From positions 12,335,275 through 12,399,274 of the forward strand of contig OZ316897.1 in the NCBI GenBank assembly GCA_973895155.1: a DNA stretch of 64,000 bases. The letters are read 5' to 3'. The notes under the pieces are model-generated. The model searched no databases, had not been told where the DNA came from, and was given only the letters and a program-made list of their open reading frames with translations. Shown here one piece after another: positions 43,361 through 56,200 of the stretch; positions within the stretch are counted from its first letter, which is position 1; every line of letters begins with the position of its first letter. Made by a program: the position numbers and the translations under genes. Source of the stretch: Marsupella aquatica. Its lineage: Eukaryota; Plantae; Marchantiophyta.

Positions 43361-45080
43361 ACAAAAATCCTAACAGAGGGGATTCCATAGAGTTTGAGCT
43401 CAGTCAAAATATTTAGAATAGGGACCCACCAGATCAGACTAAGCCCTTGCCGTCTTTAGTCTCAAACTTCACGTATTGGCGTGCTTCTCGGACCAGAGCA
43501 GTCAATTCCAAGCATGAAACTTTCTGTATTGGAGTGTTCCTGAACCAGACGAGAAAATTCCAAGAATCGTTATCCTACCCACCTACAGCTAACAAGCTCC
43601 CCACCACAAATTTGGCCGATCGCTTCTCCATTTGCGTAGTCCTCATTTCTAGACAAGAATGTTATGCGAATTACGGCACTACCAACTCAGTCACAAATTG
43701 CTATGCAAATCTCGGCACTATTTGGAAACGTCGTCGGGGTTGCGCTCCCTTACCATACGTGGACATCTGAGACATTGCTGTCCCACCTCCTCATGTTCGG
43801 CCACTGATACAAGTGATTGACTGGACCTTTGTCTGGAACCTAACGTATTCACCATACGGATTACAAAGCGAGGGCAACTTTTATTATTTGCTGGGTTTTT
43901 CCGGGTTTTGGTTGTGGGTTGGGGGAGATGCTCAAGCTAGAAGGAGGGCATTAGGAGGATCCAACTCATAACTCTCTACTTGGCTGGCGGTCGACACTTC
44001 CGGCAGTCTGAAAAAAAAGGATAGCCTCGTTTCGCTCCTATAGTCACAAGGATGGCATGAGTGTTTACAGAATTGTACAGGACCTAAGTAGTGGGTCGAA
44101 CTTGTACCACTAGGTCCAGAAGCCTGCTCCAAAGTTTAAACTGGTACGGAAAATCAAGTCCTCAAGCATTGACAAAAACTGCAGAAATGGAATGCCTCAA
44201 CCAAGGTGCAGATGCGAGCACCCGCATAACTGTCAGTCGCACTGAACCGGTCCCATTACGAAAAGATAACTGATGAAAAGGGAGTTGCAATGGGGGACAT
44301 GTCCGAATCCAACATTAAAATAACTCGTCAAAGTAAATCAGATTGGTGCAACGACATGCAAGTGTAGTAACGGGCCTGAGTGATAATTTATAGAGTTCGC
44401 TCGAAAGGTGAGGTCAACAATGGTCAAATACGATACATCCCCAATGGGGGCACTTTGAAATATGCTGCAAAATCAGGTCTGTCCGGGTATCACTGAATGT
44501 ACAACAAGTGGGTCGAATCATTTTGATGTTACTCTGTAGTATACAAATGTCCCTAAGGTTTCTATGAACAATACCAACATTGGGTAGCACAGGATTTATT
44601 GGCGTCGCCTGTCTTGAAGAGATAGTAATTACAGCCCTGTTTGACCACGTCTGTAGTTCCCTTACCAAGATATTCCCTACACCTGATAAAATTCTAGACA
44701 TGATCGAAATCCAGACCATGGTGACTCCAATCGTTTGTCAAAGCTCGTATCAATCCTAGAGCTTCACAAAAACAATCCTCTACGAGGTAGGAGCGTGCGG
44801 AGTAATTCAAGCAAGCTGGGATTCTCGCAGCTATCCACTTTGAGTAGCAGGGTTTAAATTCACCACGCATACTTCACTGTAAACGGTCAATCTTCATCTA
44901 ATTCTTATGAGAAGAATCACTTCTAAACATTGAGAAAGAGGAGGTTAAGCACCGGAGGGAAAAACGAGTGAAAAGGACCTAATCTCATCAATCGCTCTCT
45001 TGCGCGGTGTTTAGTTCATCCAATTCGTATCTCAGTAGAGAACAGAGGCTTACTAGCGAGGGGGTCATAACATAGGAGGA

Positions 45081-46526
45081 CTACGCCCAACGCCTTGTTT
45101 CCCACACCTCAACAGCTTGATGCCCCTTCCTCGAAACGAACATTCGATTTCCCCCAACAGCAAGGTTTGAAATGGGATCACTAGTGTGCCTCCTGTAATC
45201 CACAAAGTTCCTCCGGAAAGAAGTCTCCCAGTACTCTTTCTCAGATAAATCCTTGAAGCTATCTGCCAAAGGAACTTCCGACCAGACCTCTACATTACCA
45301 CCCCGGCTTACATACAGCTGTTTGTTATGAGTCATGAGCCTGTTCTCAACCCCTCCCTGGGTTCCTTCAAGTTCTGGATTTGTTTCACTCAACGTCAACC
45401 AGGGATCTGTGGCATCAAGGTGACGCAAATCAGCCATCGCTATGGCTCCAGAGTTTATACTTACTTTAAATATACCAGCGAGCTCTTCATTGGCCACCAT
45501 ATCTGCAAAGACATCCCTCTGCTCCACACGAGGGTTTCGGTAGTGAGGCTCTTCCCAGTCCCACACAATTTCTGGCGACCGTAGGTCCCACAATCTTATG
45601 TAGCCACTATATCCAAAAGCACCACCGTGGGATGCACCTACTAAAAGGCAGTTCTTCTCGGGCAGCCATTGCAGTTTGGTGGCAGCTTTGGAGTGCCCAG
45701 TTCCTCCGCTTTGCCTACCTATCTCTTGAATAGCCGTGGTCTCTTTGTCCACCACCATCAATGTGTTGTCCAACTTCTGCCCGCTCTCAAAGCTGGCAAA
45801 AATTTGAGTTTCATTGGAAGAAAGTGCACGCACTGCAGGATTGTACACCCTTGGATCATCCTTATCAACCCATGTCAAACTGTTTGTGTGTCTCCCTTTA
45901 ATGACATTGTAAATGTGGAGCCCAGGGAAATCGTCAGCTCCTGCCACGACGTGGGTTTCGCTGATCCTGTTCAATATCTTCACATTGTTCAGTTCTGTGA
46001 CCGTGCTCTTCCCCTTCCGAAGAGCCCAATCATACACAGTGATTTTGCTGCCATGTCCCACCCATACCGAGCCATCACTCCCCGCAGCAAAGGCAGACGG
46101 AAAATCCAATCCGTTCGGGATTAAAGGCCTAACCTTTTCAACATCTATGCCATCCAGAGGACCCGGGGCAAGAGCTTCTTGTAGTTGCTTCAGGAGTCCA
46201 TAATAAGTCGCCTCCCTGATCAACTTGTCAAGAGGGAAGGCCTCGCTGTCCTTGTCATCTATCGTACCAGTGCGTAAGACACTCAAGAGAATGGCAAAAG
46301 GTTCCGAGTCTCTGTCAAAGAACACTTCAGCGTTCTCGATGAGAGCGTTAGTGGCAACTTGGAGAAGAGTGGAGCCTTTCCCTGCGTGCTGAAGTGTGCC
46401 TAGGGTGGTCTCAAACAATCGTCCACCCACATGTATCTTCACTCTCCTGCTCGCATCCATAGTTGGAGATTGTGACCCCAACCTTACGAGAGGCTGCGAA
46501 TTCGCCGGGCCTCCCATAGGTGCCAT
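45081..46526 (-). CDS. BTB/POZ (KCTD/T1-type) domain protein with C-terminal beta-propeller-like region, intronless, 481 aa
   Basis: RVKIHVGGRLFETTLGTL..FFDRDSEPFAILLSVLRTG..EATYYGL is a T1-type BTB; IRLWDLR..VW and GGNRMFV..VEVWET match the plant BTB-WD40-like family. Confidence 0.88.
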   Translation of the reverse strand: MAPMGGPANSQPLVRLGSQSPTMDASRRVKIHVGGRLFETTLGTLQHAGKGSTLLQVATNALIENAEVFFDRDSEPFAILLSVLRTGTIDDKDSEAFPLDKLIREATYYGLLKQLQEALAPGPLDGIDVEKVRPLIPNGLDFPSAFAAGSDGSVWVGHGSKITVYDWALRKGKSTVTELNNVKILNRISETHVVAGADDFPGLHIYNVIKGRHTNSLTWVDKDDPRVYNPAVRALSSNETQIFASFESGQKLDNTLMVVDKETTAIQEIGRQSGGTGHSKAATKLQWLPEKNCLLVGASHGGAFGYSGYIRLWDLRSPEIVWDWEEPHYRNPRVEQRDVFADMVANEELAGIFKVSINSGAIAMADLRHLDATDPWLTLSETNPELEGTQGGVENRLMTHNKQLYVSRGGNVEVWSEVPLADSFKDLSEKEYWETSFRRNFVDYRRHTSDPISNLAVGGNRMFVSRKGHQAVEVWETRRWA

Positions 46527-48015
46527 GCTCTTACGAGATTGCTACAACCCGTCCTCTCCCTTCAAAGCTCTACTGCTCCCACACAATCCAACTTTCAGGA
46601 GTAGGACTGCTCGTCCTCCAGCTCCCGGATCGTCCCCACAAAACTCACCGTCGCAACTGGGATCCTTGACCTCCAATCCTCCACCTCGCCCCTTCTCTAT
46701 ACCTCCCACAAAAATGCCAACCTAACGAGAGAAATCCTTGCCCTCCACCTTCACCTTCAGTTCTTCTGTTCCGAGGACAATAAAGGCTCCCAACGGAAGA
46801 CCACACAGGTCAGAAGTAGCAAACTCTTACGAATTCAGTGAAGGAGTCACACTTCAGAAACCTGACAATGCCAAATTTCGTTTCTAAACCTTCTCCAACC
46901 CTTTCTCTAAGTCGAGTGACTGCCACGAAAAACTGCCGTCCTCTGCTGCTTCCCACCTAAACTAAACCAAAACCAAAACTAGACCCAATCCTTTCCCCTC
47001 CCCTCCCTTCACTCGATGGCAGGAAGAGGTCAAATCCACAAGGCAAGCCGGCCCGCGTCGCAGCATCAGCAGCGGACCCACTCCAATGTTCTCTTTTCGT
47101 CAACTGCACAAGCTCCACGTTTCCTCAGGTCTGATAATAATTCTCCAATCTCGGGGTCCCGTTTGGTAGAAAGCGTGGAGGGGGGCGAAGGCAGGACAAG
47201 GAGGAAGCTGGATGACTCTTCACGTCCTATGGACCGATAAATCCTGCACAGTAGAAGAATAAGTCAGGATGAAGGAGCAGGTCGCCTACTTCCAACAACA
47301 AACGTAGTCACAGCCTGCTACAGTTCACGATTCAGTTTCCTTCCAATAGTTCCATCCGGACCATCCTGTTCCCTCGTCTTGCGCCTCACCGACAGACCTC
47401 CTCAGCCGAACTACGCTGACCAAATTGCAGGTCACCACTCCAGAGTCCAGACCTCTGCCTTCATGCAATCATTCCGGTTGCGAAGAGGAGCAATTTCATC
47501 TCGTTACTGACCGCTTTAATAATTCCGGCTCGATGCGAGCGATTGGCGGCCCGAAACAGGGGAATTGCCGAATTGCAAAGGGGAACAGAATGATGGTGTG
47601 AGAGATGGTGTGGAAGGAAGCTCCCATCGCGCCGTCGTCGAGGTGGTACAGTTGTGGAAGGAGTCTAGAAGGAGTCTTCTGCTAGTGATTCTGTCCGGAG
47701 AGAGAGAGAGAGAGAGAGAGGGGGGGCTGACCGGGTCCCGAGGGGCGGACTGCTCGGTTCCATGCTGTTCCATACTGACTCGAACTGTGTCCTCAAACCT
47801 GCCAAAGTGGACGCCACATCTATTTCAAAAAATTGAAATAGATTGACAACTTTTGACTGTTCTGCCATTAAATATGTTCGAGTTGATGATATAGCCACCC
47901 CTTTTTTTCTACAGATATACCATGATTTTAGTATATGGATGGCAAACTCACCTACTAAACCAGATTAACCATATACAAAAAGCCTGACATATTTGTAAAT
48001 ACAATAAAAACAGTT

Positions 48016-49300
48016 TAGGGTTTAGCCAGGGGAGGGGGGGATGCTGGAGGTATGGTCCTGTAAGGCCAGGCAGGAATGGCAATGCCGGGCCAACCCAGAC
48101 AGCTGGTATCAATGACGACAAGCGTCACACTGAACCTGAGCATCGGAAGGGGAGGAGGGCCGATGACAATGGATAGAGGGAGGGGTGGAGGAGGGTGAAA
48201 CGCTGGGGGGAGGGGGAGGTACACGCGTGAGGGGGCACATAACAGGATGAAGAAGGTTCTGAGGGGGCAAGGGTTGCGACAAGAAAGGGTGAGGAAAGAA
48301 ATGGACATAGGAGGAAGTAGTGGAGCAGGGGGTGGGGCCAATAAAGTAGGAAAAGATGGAGAGGAAGGGCTGGTGAAGGCTGGGAGGAGGTGGCGGAATC
48401 AGCATGAGGTGAAGGGGATGCGAAAGAGAGGGGGGGGGGGGGGGGGGCGGTAACGGGGAGAACGGAGGCAAGGGGGGTGACTGGGCAGGAGGGGGCGGCG
48501 GGTCCAATGAAGCGTCAAGAACCAGGGCCCGGGAAGAGGAGACAGACAGTTTCCAGAAGGGGGAGACAATAGGAGGGGCCGGGATGGGGTGTGTAAAAGG
48601 GGGGCAGCCTCAAGAGGGTCAGAGTCCGACGGTAGGCAAGAGGGAAGGGGACTATTTGGTAAAGGAGGGTCCGGGGGAAGGGGACCAACAGGTAGAGGAG
48701 GGTCTGGGGGGAGCGATGGGGGGAGAAAGGGGGTTACAAACCGAGGATCCATGGGCTCACAAAAGGGGGGGGGGGGTCAACAGGCAGGTCCACCACAGGA
48801 GAGCAGGGTGAGGCAACAAGGAGAGCAGGAGGGCAAACGGAGGGGGGGGGGTCAACCGGACGACCCACCTCCGGAGAGGAGGGTGGGGCAACAAGGGGGA
48901 ACAGGAGGGCAGTCGGGCAGGGGGGGGGGGGAGGGCAGTCCGGAGATGAGGTTGGGGCAACAAGGGGAACATGAGGGCAGTCGGGTGGGTCAACAGGAAG
49001 ACCCACATCCGGAGACGAGGGTGGGCCCAAAGGGCACAGGATGGCAGGTAGGGGGGTCGGCGACAGGGGTAAAAACGGGAGGGGAAGGGGGGCTGGAAGG
49101 GATAACAATAGGGTCAGATGGCGATAGGGGTGGCACACAAGGAGGGTGTGGAACAGGAAGAAAGGGGTCATCGGGACAAGGCTCCATAAAATCATCCATA
49201 AAGGTGTTGCCCTCTGGCCGGCAGAACAGCCGCAATGGGAGTGGACGGGGATGATGGAGGGGAGGAGGAGGAGACTCCATCCGGAACACAAGGCCTAAAC
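48016..49300 (-). other. Strongly G/purine-skewed low-complexity tract with degenerate internal repeats; Pro-rich frames on the minus strand
   Basis: Long G runs; 3-4 related units 'gggtcaac..g..cc(c)ac..c.ggaga..agggtg.ggcaacaagg' at 48770-49030; overlapping Pro-rich ORFs in different frames. Confidence 0.5.
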
Positions 49301-49998
49301 AAGAGAAGAACAAACAGAAAATGAAACAACAAAAAAGAAAAAAACAATAAAGAGAGGAAACCGAAAATGAAGAACCTCAGATGAGGAAAACATCACAGAG
49401 GGATCCAACGTAGGGTGACACCCAAACAACAGCGGCTAGACGAGGATCGCCAACACAAGGGCCTGAGGCCCCACAGACTGGACACTAGCACCCGACCCCC
49501 ACCACAACCTCCAGGCAGCAGGTCACACAAGAAAGGGAGCCGTGCAAACGCCCCAACAATAGCACCAAGGCCAGGTTGCATGCGAAAACCAGACTAAAAA
49601 TGATAAACTATCGAACCTGCAGAAGCCAAAAAAGGACGGACACTTATCAGCATAGGATTGGGGCCGGCCGCATGCATGGCCACCAAACCCAACAGAGCCC
49701 AGGGGGGCGCGTCACCCCCGGCGAGAGACTGCCCACAGCCCCCTTTGAAGTGATGGGCAACTTGCCAAGTTGTCGGGCACTTCAACTCAGCACTTGCCGG
49801 GTGAAAATCGGCCCAAATGTTGGGCATTCCATGTTATTCCCCAGGCCGGAGCGGGTGTTGGACCGGGATAGGCCGGGGTCGGGCCGGGACAGGGTTGGGC
49901 TGGGTCGCGGCACGGTGTGAACGGGCTGGGGCCAGGGCCGAGAAGTCAAGATCAGGCGGCCAAAACGATCCGGGTGACGAATTGCGATTGACAGACTC

Positions 49999-50103
49999 TA
50001 AAACCTCTATTTATTGGGCAAGTCCAAACCGAAAACCTCTATTTATTGGGCAAGTCCAAACCGGGCCCACAGCCGAATGACCTCCCAGAGACGAGGCCCA
50101 TTA
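49999..50103 (+). promoter_or_regulatory. 32-bp tandem duplication and site-II-like GGCCCA motifs upstream of the PPR gene
   Basis: 'aaaacctctatttattgggcaagtccaaaccg' twice, then gggcccac and aggcccatta; regulatory role is inferred. Confidence 0.45.
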
Positions 50104-50729
50104 ATTGCTCCTGCCCACCGGAAGAGCGTATTTTTTAAGTGCAAATTTTAGCCAAATTCCACCTCCCCAAAAAACTTTCGCCACTTTTGGCTAAGATTAG
50201 CTATATTTTTCTGACACCATTAGCCACTCTTCCACCAAATCATTGACCCCATTAGCCAGAATCTGACGGCTCTCCTTAAATCTAGGGATATCTGACGGTC
50301 ACAATTTAATTTAATAAAATTTGTCAGAGAATATTCTTAACATCTCCTCCCTCAGAGAAGCAAACATTCGCCACACTGGCTAAAAATAAAAAACCTTAAA
50401 AAATACGCTGCACCGGAAGGCCCTCCAGACTAGGGGGGCGCACACGCGTGCTCCCCCTTCCCACAAACCCGGCCCTCGTATCTCGCCTCGCTGCCTCCCC
50501 CTCGCGCTGCCTCGAGCCCTCGACCTCGCAACAAGGGACAAGTCTATGGGGCCAGCCCATAGAAATGGGATTAGATTCGTTATCCAAGTTCCTCCTTGTT
50601 CTGTCTTCCCCCACTCCTCGCTTTCTACCAAACGGGGTAACAATGGCTGCTGTCACCATGATGGCGTGGGGAGCTTTCTGTCATTTTTATTAAGTCTCGG
50701 ATTGGATTTTCATTCAGTTTCCAGTAGAC

Positions 50730-53270
50730 ATGGTGAGCGGAGGAGGAGCGATGTGTGCTCTGGGTAGCTCTGCTTCATTAGGGTTTAAGAGCGATAATAG
50801 GATTGAAGTTGCAGTGGTGGTGACGACGGCAACAGGACAAGCAAAGCGAACATTGACATGCTTCGCACGCCGTGGAGAGTGCTTCAATGGGAAACAGGTG
50901 ACAGAGTTTCACAGGGCTGGCAGTTTTGTGATAACTCCTGCATACTGGAGACTGGAATCGAAACAAGCAAGAGGCAGGTTGGTTTTCTGTCAACACGCAG
51001 TGGCTGAGGATTCTCAGCAGAAGGTAGGAGGGGATCTGACGGAAAGGAGCTCTTCCGATGGTGCAGCTGCGGATTCTCAGGAGAAGGTAAGAGGGGATCT
51101 GACGGAAAGGAGCTCTTCCGATGGTGCAGCTGAGGATTCTCAGGAGAAGGTAGGAGGGGATCTGATGGAAAGGAGCTCTTCTGATGGTGCAGCTGAGGAT
51201 TCTCAGGAGAAGGTAGGAGGGGATCTGACGGAAAGGAGCTCTTCCGATGGTGCAGCTGCTTCGTCGTCATCTGGTCATAGTCCATCACCTCCTTTCCACA
51301 GTCCATCCTTGGCCAAGCTCGTTAAGAAAGTGAATATTTTACTGGAACGGGTCCACCCAGAGGGCACCGTGGAAGAATCCTTGGAGACTCTAAATCTGAA
51401 ATTTATAAGTCAACAGCTGGTGCGAGATGTGTTGAAGGCCCAGGGAGATGTCAGATTAGCCATGGCATTTTTCAGGTGGGTGGAAAAATTCCCAGATTTT
51501 AAACATACCCCTGAAATGTACATTTCAATGTTCTATAAGCTGATGGATGCCAGAGAGCTTGATAGTGGCAGAAATCTCTTGAGGGAGATGACGGACAAGG
51601 GCTGGACCGTAGTGGCCATCTACTTCAATATTCTAGTGACCAGGCTCTGCAAGTCTGGACGAACGGATATAGCTTACACTCTTCTCCAGGATATGAATGA
51701 GCTTGGCCCACCGCCTGATGTGATCACGTATTCAGCTCTTATCAGCGGTTTGTGCAGGAGTAACCAACTTACTGAAGCCTTGCAGCTCTTTGAAGCTATG
51801 AAAGCTAAGAATTGTGCTCCAAACCATGTCACGTACAACACGCTCATTCACCATACTGGAAAAACTGGTCAGGTATCTGAATCAAGCATACTTTTCGAGG
51901 AAATGAAACAAGCAGGAGTTGGTCCTGATTTAGTCACATTCACGTGTCTGATTGCTGGGCTCTGTAAGGCTGGTCGAGTGGAGGACGCATTGGAAAGGTT
52001 CAATGAGCTGCGGTCATTAGGGCTTGTTCCTGATGCTGTTATTTACAACACGTTGATAGATGGTTTAGGCAAGGCAGGGCGTACTGCTGAAGCAAGAGAG
52101 CTTATGACTTTCATGAGCTCAACAGGTTGCAAGGCAGATTTGGTGACGTATAACACACTAATTGACGGTGTGGGGAAGGAAGGGAGAATCGATTTGGCAT
52201 TTAGCTTTTTTGAGGAACTGAAATCGCGAGGGTTGAATCCAGATGTGGTGACGTATAGCACTCTCATTGATGCAGTGGGGAGGTCAGGTCATGCTGAGGA
52301 CGCTAACCAGCTTATAGACGAAATGCTTGAGATGGGATGCACCCCAAACTTGGTTACGTGGAATTCACTGATTAATGGGCTTGTCAAAGCAGGCCAAACA
52401 GTAGAAGCACAGGTGGTTTTCGAAAAGATGGTCGAAGTAGGTTGCATGCCTGATGTTGTGACCTATAATTCCCTCATAGATGGTCTCGGTAGGGCTGGTA
52501 AAGTGGAAAGTGCCTGCCAATTATTCAAAGAGATGAAGGAGAAGATGTGTACTCCAGATCTTGTCACCTATAACTCGCTTATAAAAGGCCTTGGAAGAGC
52601 TGGCTACGTCACAGAGTCTTACAAGCTTTATGGCAAGCTGACAACAAAAGGTTATCCCCTCGATGTGATGACATACAACATTCTTATAGACAGTTTAGGG
52701 AAAGCAGGGTTAGTTGAGGCAGCGCAGGATGTGTTTGCAGAAATGAAGGCGAACGGTTTTGCTCCCGATGTGTTTACGTACAATACTTTGATTAATGCTT
52801 TAGGAAGAGCGGGACAAGCTCTTGAGGCTTGCAATGTCTTAGAGGAGATGAAATCGAAAGGCTGTTCATCCGATATTGTCACTTACAACACCCTCATCAA
52901 CCGTCTGGGTAGGGCAGGCTTTGCTGACAAGGCCTACTCGGTTTTTGAGGAAATGGAGAAGGATGGTTGCGTCGCAGACAGTTTGACCTACGAATCTTTG
53001 ATTCAGGCCCTAAGAAGGGCAGGACAGACAGAGCAAGCATACAAGCTTCTTAGACAAATGGAGGAGAAGGGTTTCCGTCCCAAAGAAAGTATCATGCAGG
53101 CTGTCATCCAAGAGTTATTCCAGTCAGGGCAGAAACAGCAAGCGGCAGATATCTCAGAAACAGATGAGGATCTCCATGTGGGTGAGTTCACTCATACTCA
53201 TCTTAGTCTTGATAAGTATACTTCGTCACAGCCGAGTAGATCGAGTCGGGTGAGTGAACTCCTCGATTAG
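50730..53270 (+). CDS. P-class pentatricopeptide repeat protein, intronless, 846 aa, probably organelle-targeted
   Basis: About 15 contiguous 35-aa motifs of the form VVTYNSLIDGLGRAG...PD; no E or DYW domain; transit-peptide-like N-terminus. Confidence 0.95.
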   Translation: MVSGGGAMCALGSSASLGFKSDNRIEVAVVVTTATGQAKRTLTCFARRGECFNGKQVTEFHRAGSFVITPAYWRLESKQARGRLVFCQHAVAEDSQQKVGGDLTERSSSDGAAADSQEKVRGDLTERSSSDGAAEDSQEKVGGDLMERSSSDGAAEDSQEKVGGDLTERSSSDGAAASSSSGHSPSPPFHSPSLAKLVKKVNILLERVHPEGTVEESLETLNLKFISQQLVRDVLKAQGDVRLAMAFFRWVEKFPDFKHTPEMYISMFYKLMDARELDSGRNLLREMTDKGWTVVAIYFNILVTRLCKSGRTDIAYTLLQDMNELGPPPDVITYSALISGLCRSNQLTEALQLFEAMKAKNCAPNHVTYNTLIHHTGKTGQVSESSILFEEMKQAGVGPDLVTFTCLIAGLCKAGRVEDALERFNELRSLGLVPDAVIYNTLIDGLGKAGRTAEARELMTFMSSTGCKADLVTYNTLIDGVGKEGRIDLAFSFFEELKSRGLNPDVVTYSTLIDAVGRSGHAEDANQLIDEMLEMGCTPNLVTWNSLINGLVKAGQTVEAQVVFEKMVEVGCMPDVVTYNSLIDGLGRAGKVESACQLFKEMKEKMCTPDLVTYNSLIKGLGRAGYVTESYKLYGKLTTKGYPLDVMTYNILIDSLGKAGLVEAAQDVFAEMKANGFAPDVFTYNTLINALGRAGQALEACNVLEEMKSKGCSSDIVTYNTLINRLGRAGFADKAYSVFEEMEKDGCVADSLTYESLIQALRRAGQTEQAYKLLRQMEEKGFRPKESIMQAVIQELFQSGQKQQAADISETDEDLHVGEFTHTHLSLDKYTSSQPSRSSRVSELLD
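51003..51254 (+). repeat. Coding minisatellite, 4 x 63 bp (21 aa)
   Basis: AEDSQ(Q/E)KVGGDLTERSSSDGA units start at 51003, 51066, 51129 and 51192. Confidence 0.95.
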
Positions 53271-56200
53271 ACTTTAGTTTGATATAGCCTAGAAAAATAG
53301 TCGACATGTTTCTTCATGAAAACCTGATGTGATACGACTGAAGGTCAGAAGTCTGCTTCGTAGAGAAGAAATATTTCAGGGATCGACCTTGTGGTTCGTC
53401 TCCTTGGGGTTAGATTATTTTCCCAAGTAGGACTACTCTATGAAACTATTTGAAAAATCCTGTGTTTGTGGAAGCCATGTTTTCCTATTCTGCAATCTCG
53501 AGAATGCATTTCAGCACCTGGACAAAATCTCGATAGCATTTTGATGCTTGAACCAGTGTGGCTGATCGTGTCAGTAAAAGATGTATGATTTTGCTCCATT
53601 TGTCTCAATACCACCAGTCACCCGATACACCATTGGATGTTTAAGTGCAGTGGTTTACAGGAAATAGTCAATAGTAGGAATGAATTTGGGTTGACTGAGA
53701 CACTACAGGGCTACGAGATCAATGCCTCACTCTTTGCAGCATCCAAAGTTTGGTTCAAGTCCTGATTGACGCGGACAAGACTTTTGCAGTCGTTTGGTGA
53801 GTAGGCCTTTCCCTTGTGAGAAGTCCTTTGTGAGCTTGCATCGCGCTTGAATTCAGCATCTAGTTTTGTGCCTGTTACCCTTCACTTTTGCCGTGGTCTT
53901 AATTATGATCTTAGGTTTATAGAACAGACCGCACAAAATCTTTCAAACTGATCAACTACCAGTTAATAACCTCTAATCACATCTTCGAAGTGAATTTCCT
54001 AAAATTTGGAGTCAAATGGCTTGAAATCGTCGGTACCCATCAACCTGTCAGGTGGCATCTACTCGTGATTATCATATTGGTATTGTTTTGAGTGATCAAA
54101 TTGTTGCAACGGTCAAAGATGTTGGCATACAGTTGTTCTTGCACTCGGGCTTTGTTCTGTGGCTACCCCGGGACTTTTTTGGCATTTGATGAGTAAATTG
54201 TCAACCAAGGTTTAGATACTTGCACAGTAGTTTTCCACAGAGCGTGTTTGGAAGTGTCCTCTAAGATTCTCATTGACCCTACTGTTGTTCCCCCGATTTG
54301 CTGATATCTAGAAATGCGCTTGAGGAATCTGAGAGTATAGTTTTTCCTAGACTCATATCTAGAGTGACTAATAAGATATGCACTTTAGAACTTGAGATTT
54401 ATTCTTAGTTTTTTAATTTTTTCGCTGCATTCTTGGTTTTAGACCTATGTGTGCCATACCCGCCTTCTACTACTACGACTAGTAAAACAGGGCAACTTTC
54501 TCGCCACTAGGAACGGTGAAATTGTCTTGTCTTTTCCAATCGGGTAGATGTGAGACGAAGATAGCGGATAAGAGTACACGTTCATAAACTTATCGAGAGT
54601 GTAGGCCTGCCTTTGCTGTGCACAAACAGGCTTTGGAAAAGTAAGGCTAGAGCATTAATCGGTGAGAGGAATGAAACACGAGGAGCTGAAACAAAGAGAG
54701 CGTCCTTACGCAAACATTCTAAGCTGTGGCAGCTCAAAGACTGTAAATCTCAGCGTCTCGGAAATGTTTATATCGCCGACTCCACGGTCGAGTTCGAGGA
54801 CACCGACTGCATCTTTCGTGAAACTCTCGCCTTCTGGTGTGTCCTGAAGCTCGAGCAACAAGAAGCCATAGTGTGTACTTGCTTCAAGGAGTCCTTTGGA
54901 CTGGGCCGGTCAAATGCGAGCCATCTGCTATATGACAATCTCGGAAGTTTACATGTCGGCACATCATCCGGGAAAGGAGGCTGACTACGAAAAATCTCTT
55001 TAGTTGGCATGACAACGGATCGAGGGAGAATGCTGAGTCACGTAGTGTCGATGGATCGAGGGAAAAGAATTTGTGAATCAGGTAACTCAGTTACCTGTCT
55101 CGTGGTCGTCTCGATGGAGTTTCTGTCATACTCAACTCTGGTCGGACATATGTATGTGTGACGTAAGTCATAGACTGATGAGGGCTTGACAATAATTTGA
55201 GGAGTGTCCGATTTTTACGGCGCGAATGCCGAGAACTGTACACTTTGCTCACTATAATTCTGTTCGAATCGCTGCGGCCAAAGGGTGAAAGGAGATGCCC
55301 TTCGAGATACCGGGATTAAATCCATCTACAAATGACACACTTTCTTTGAAACTTTTTATTATCACAGCTTGGGTCTCACTCTTAGATCCTGCTAGCCAAC
55401 GTCCATTTTATCATTATTATTAATTTTTACAGTACTGTTTTGATGAGAATCGAAGAAGATGAGCAACTGAACAAATTAGAGAAACTGCAATAATGATGCC
55501 GGAAGCCATCTCTCGTGTCAATGTCCTGAATTTGAATTCTAAAAAGTAACGCTACTTCTGGGGGCAGGTCGTAGCTCACTAACTCCAGGCGTTCTTGCCG
55601 TCACTGCACAGAGCGACAGTGACGACGAGCGGTCACGAAAGTAAAAGCAGAAGAGAAGGCAGTCGATAGAGCATGGAGAAGACAGGCCGAGGGAGCATCC
55701 ATTTATTGGTACCGAACCTGGTGAACCGGCCAGGGGACAGACTAGTTGTTGGAAAATTATATGCATGGTATGTTTTGTTGATGCTCTTCAGTTTGTTCAA
55801 TGAATGTGTACTAGGATCTGCACATTAGATTAAGAGAGCTTTGAAGTCCACGACTGAATTTGTAAGCCATCCAAACAAAATAAAACGTTGGACCACTAAA
55901 CATACCAATAACTAAGGCGGGCAGGAGAACCTGGGGAGAAATAGTGGCCAAAACTGGCACAACTGAAAAGCTCGATCAACAGAAAGATTATGTGCTTCAG
56001 AATGGAGGCTCCAACTGCAGGGAGAGAGCTACGTGAAGGAATGTCAATGGGGTGCAGACATTGGAAGCATAAAACAAAAACCACCTTAATATGTGATAGA
56101 GAAAGAGAAGCGGACGGTGCTTAGGGCGCAACGAAGGACTGTACCACACTTAACCAATATCCACACCTACACATAAAGCAGACAGAATGACCTCGAGAAT

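Noticed and set aside
48013-48025. Interstitial telomere array
   Set aside because: Fewer than two TTTAGGG units; at most a telo-box
54613-54984. 123-aa ORF downstream of the PPR gene
   Set aside because: Non-ATG start, no recognisable domain and no supporting splice structure
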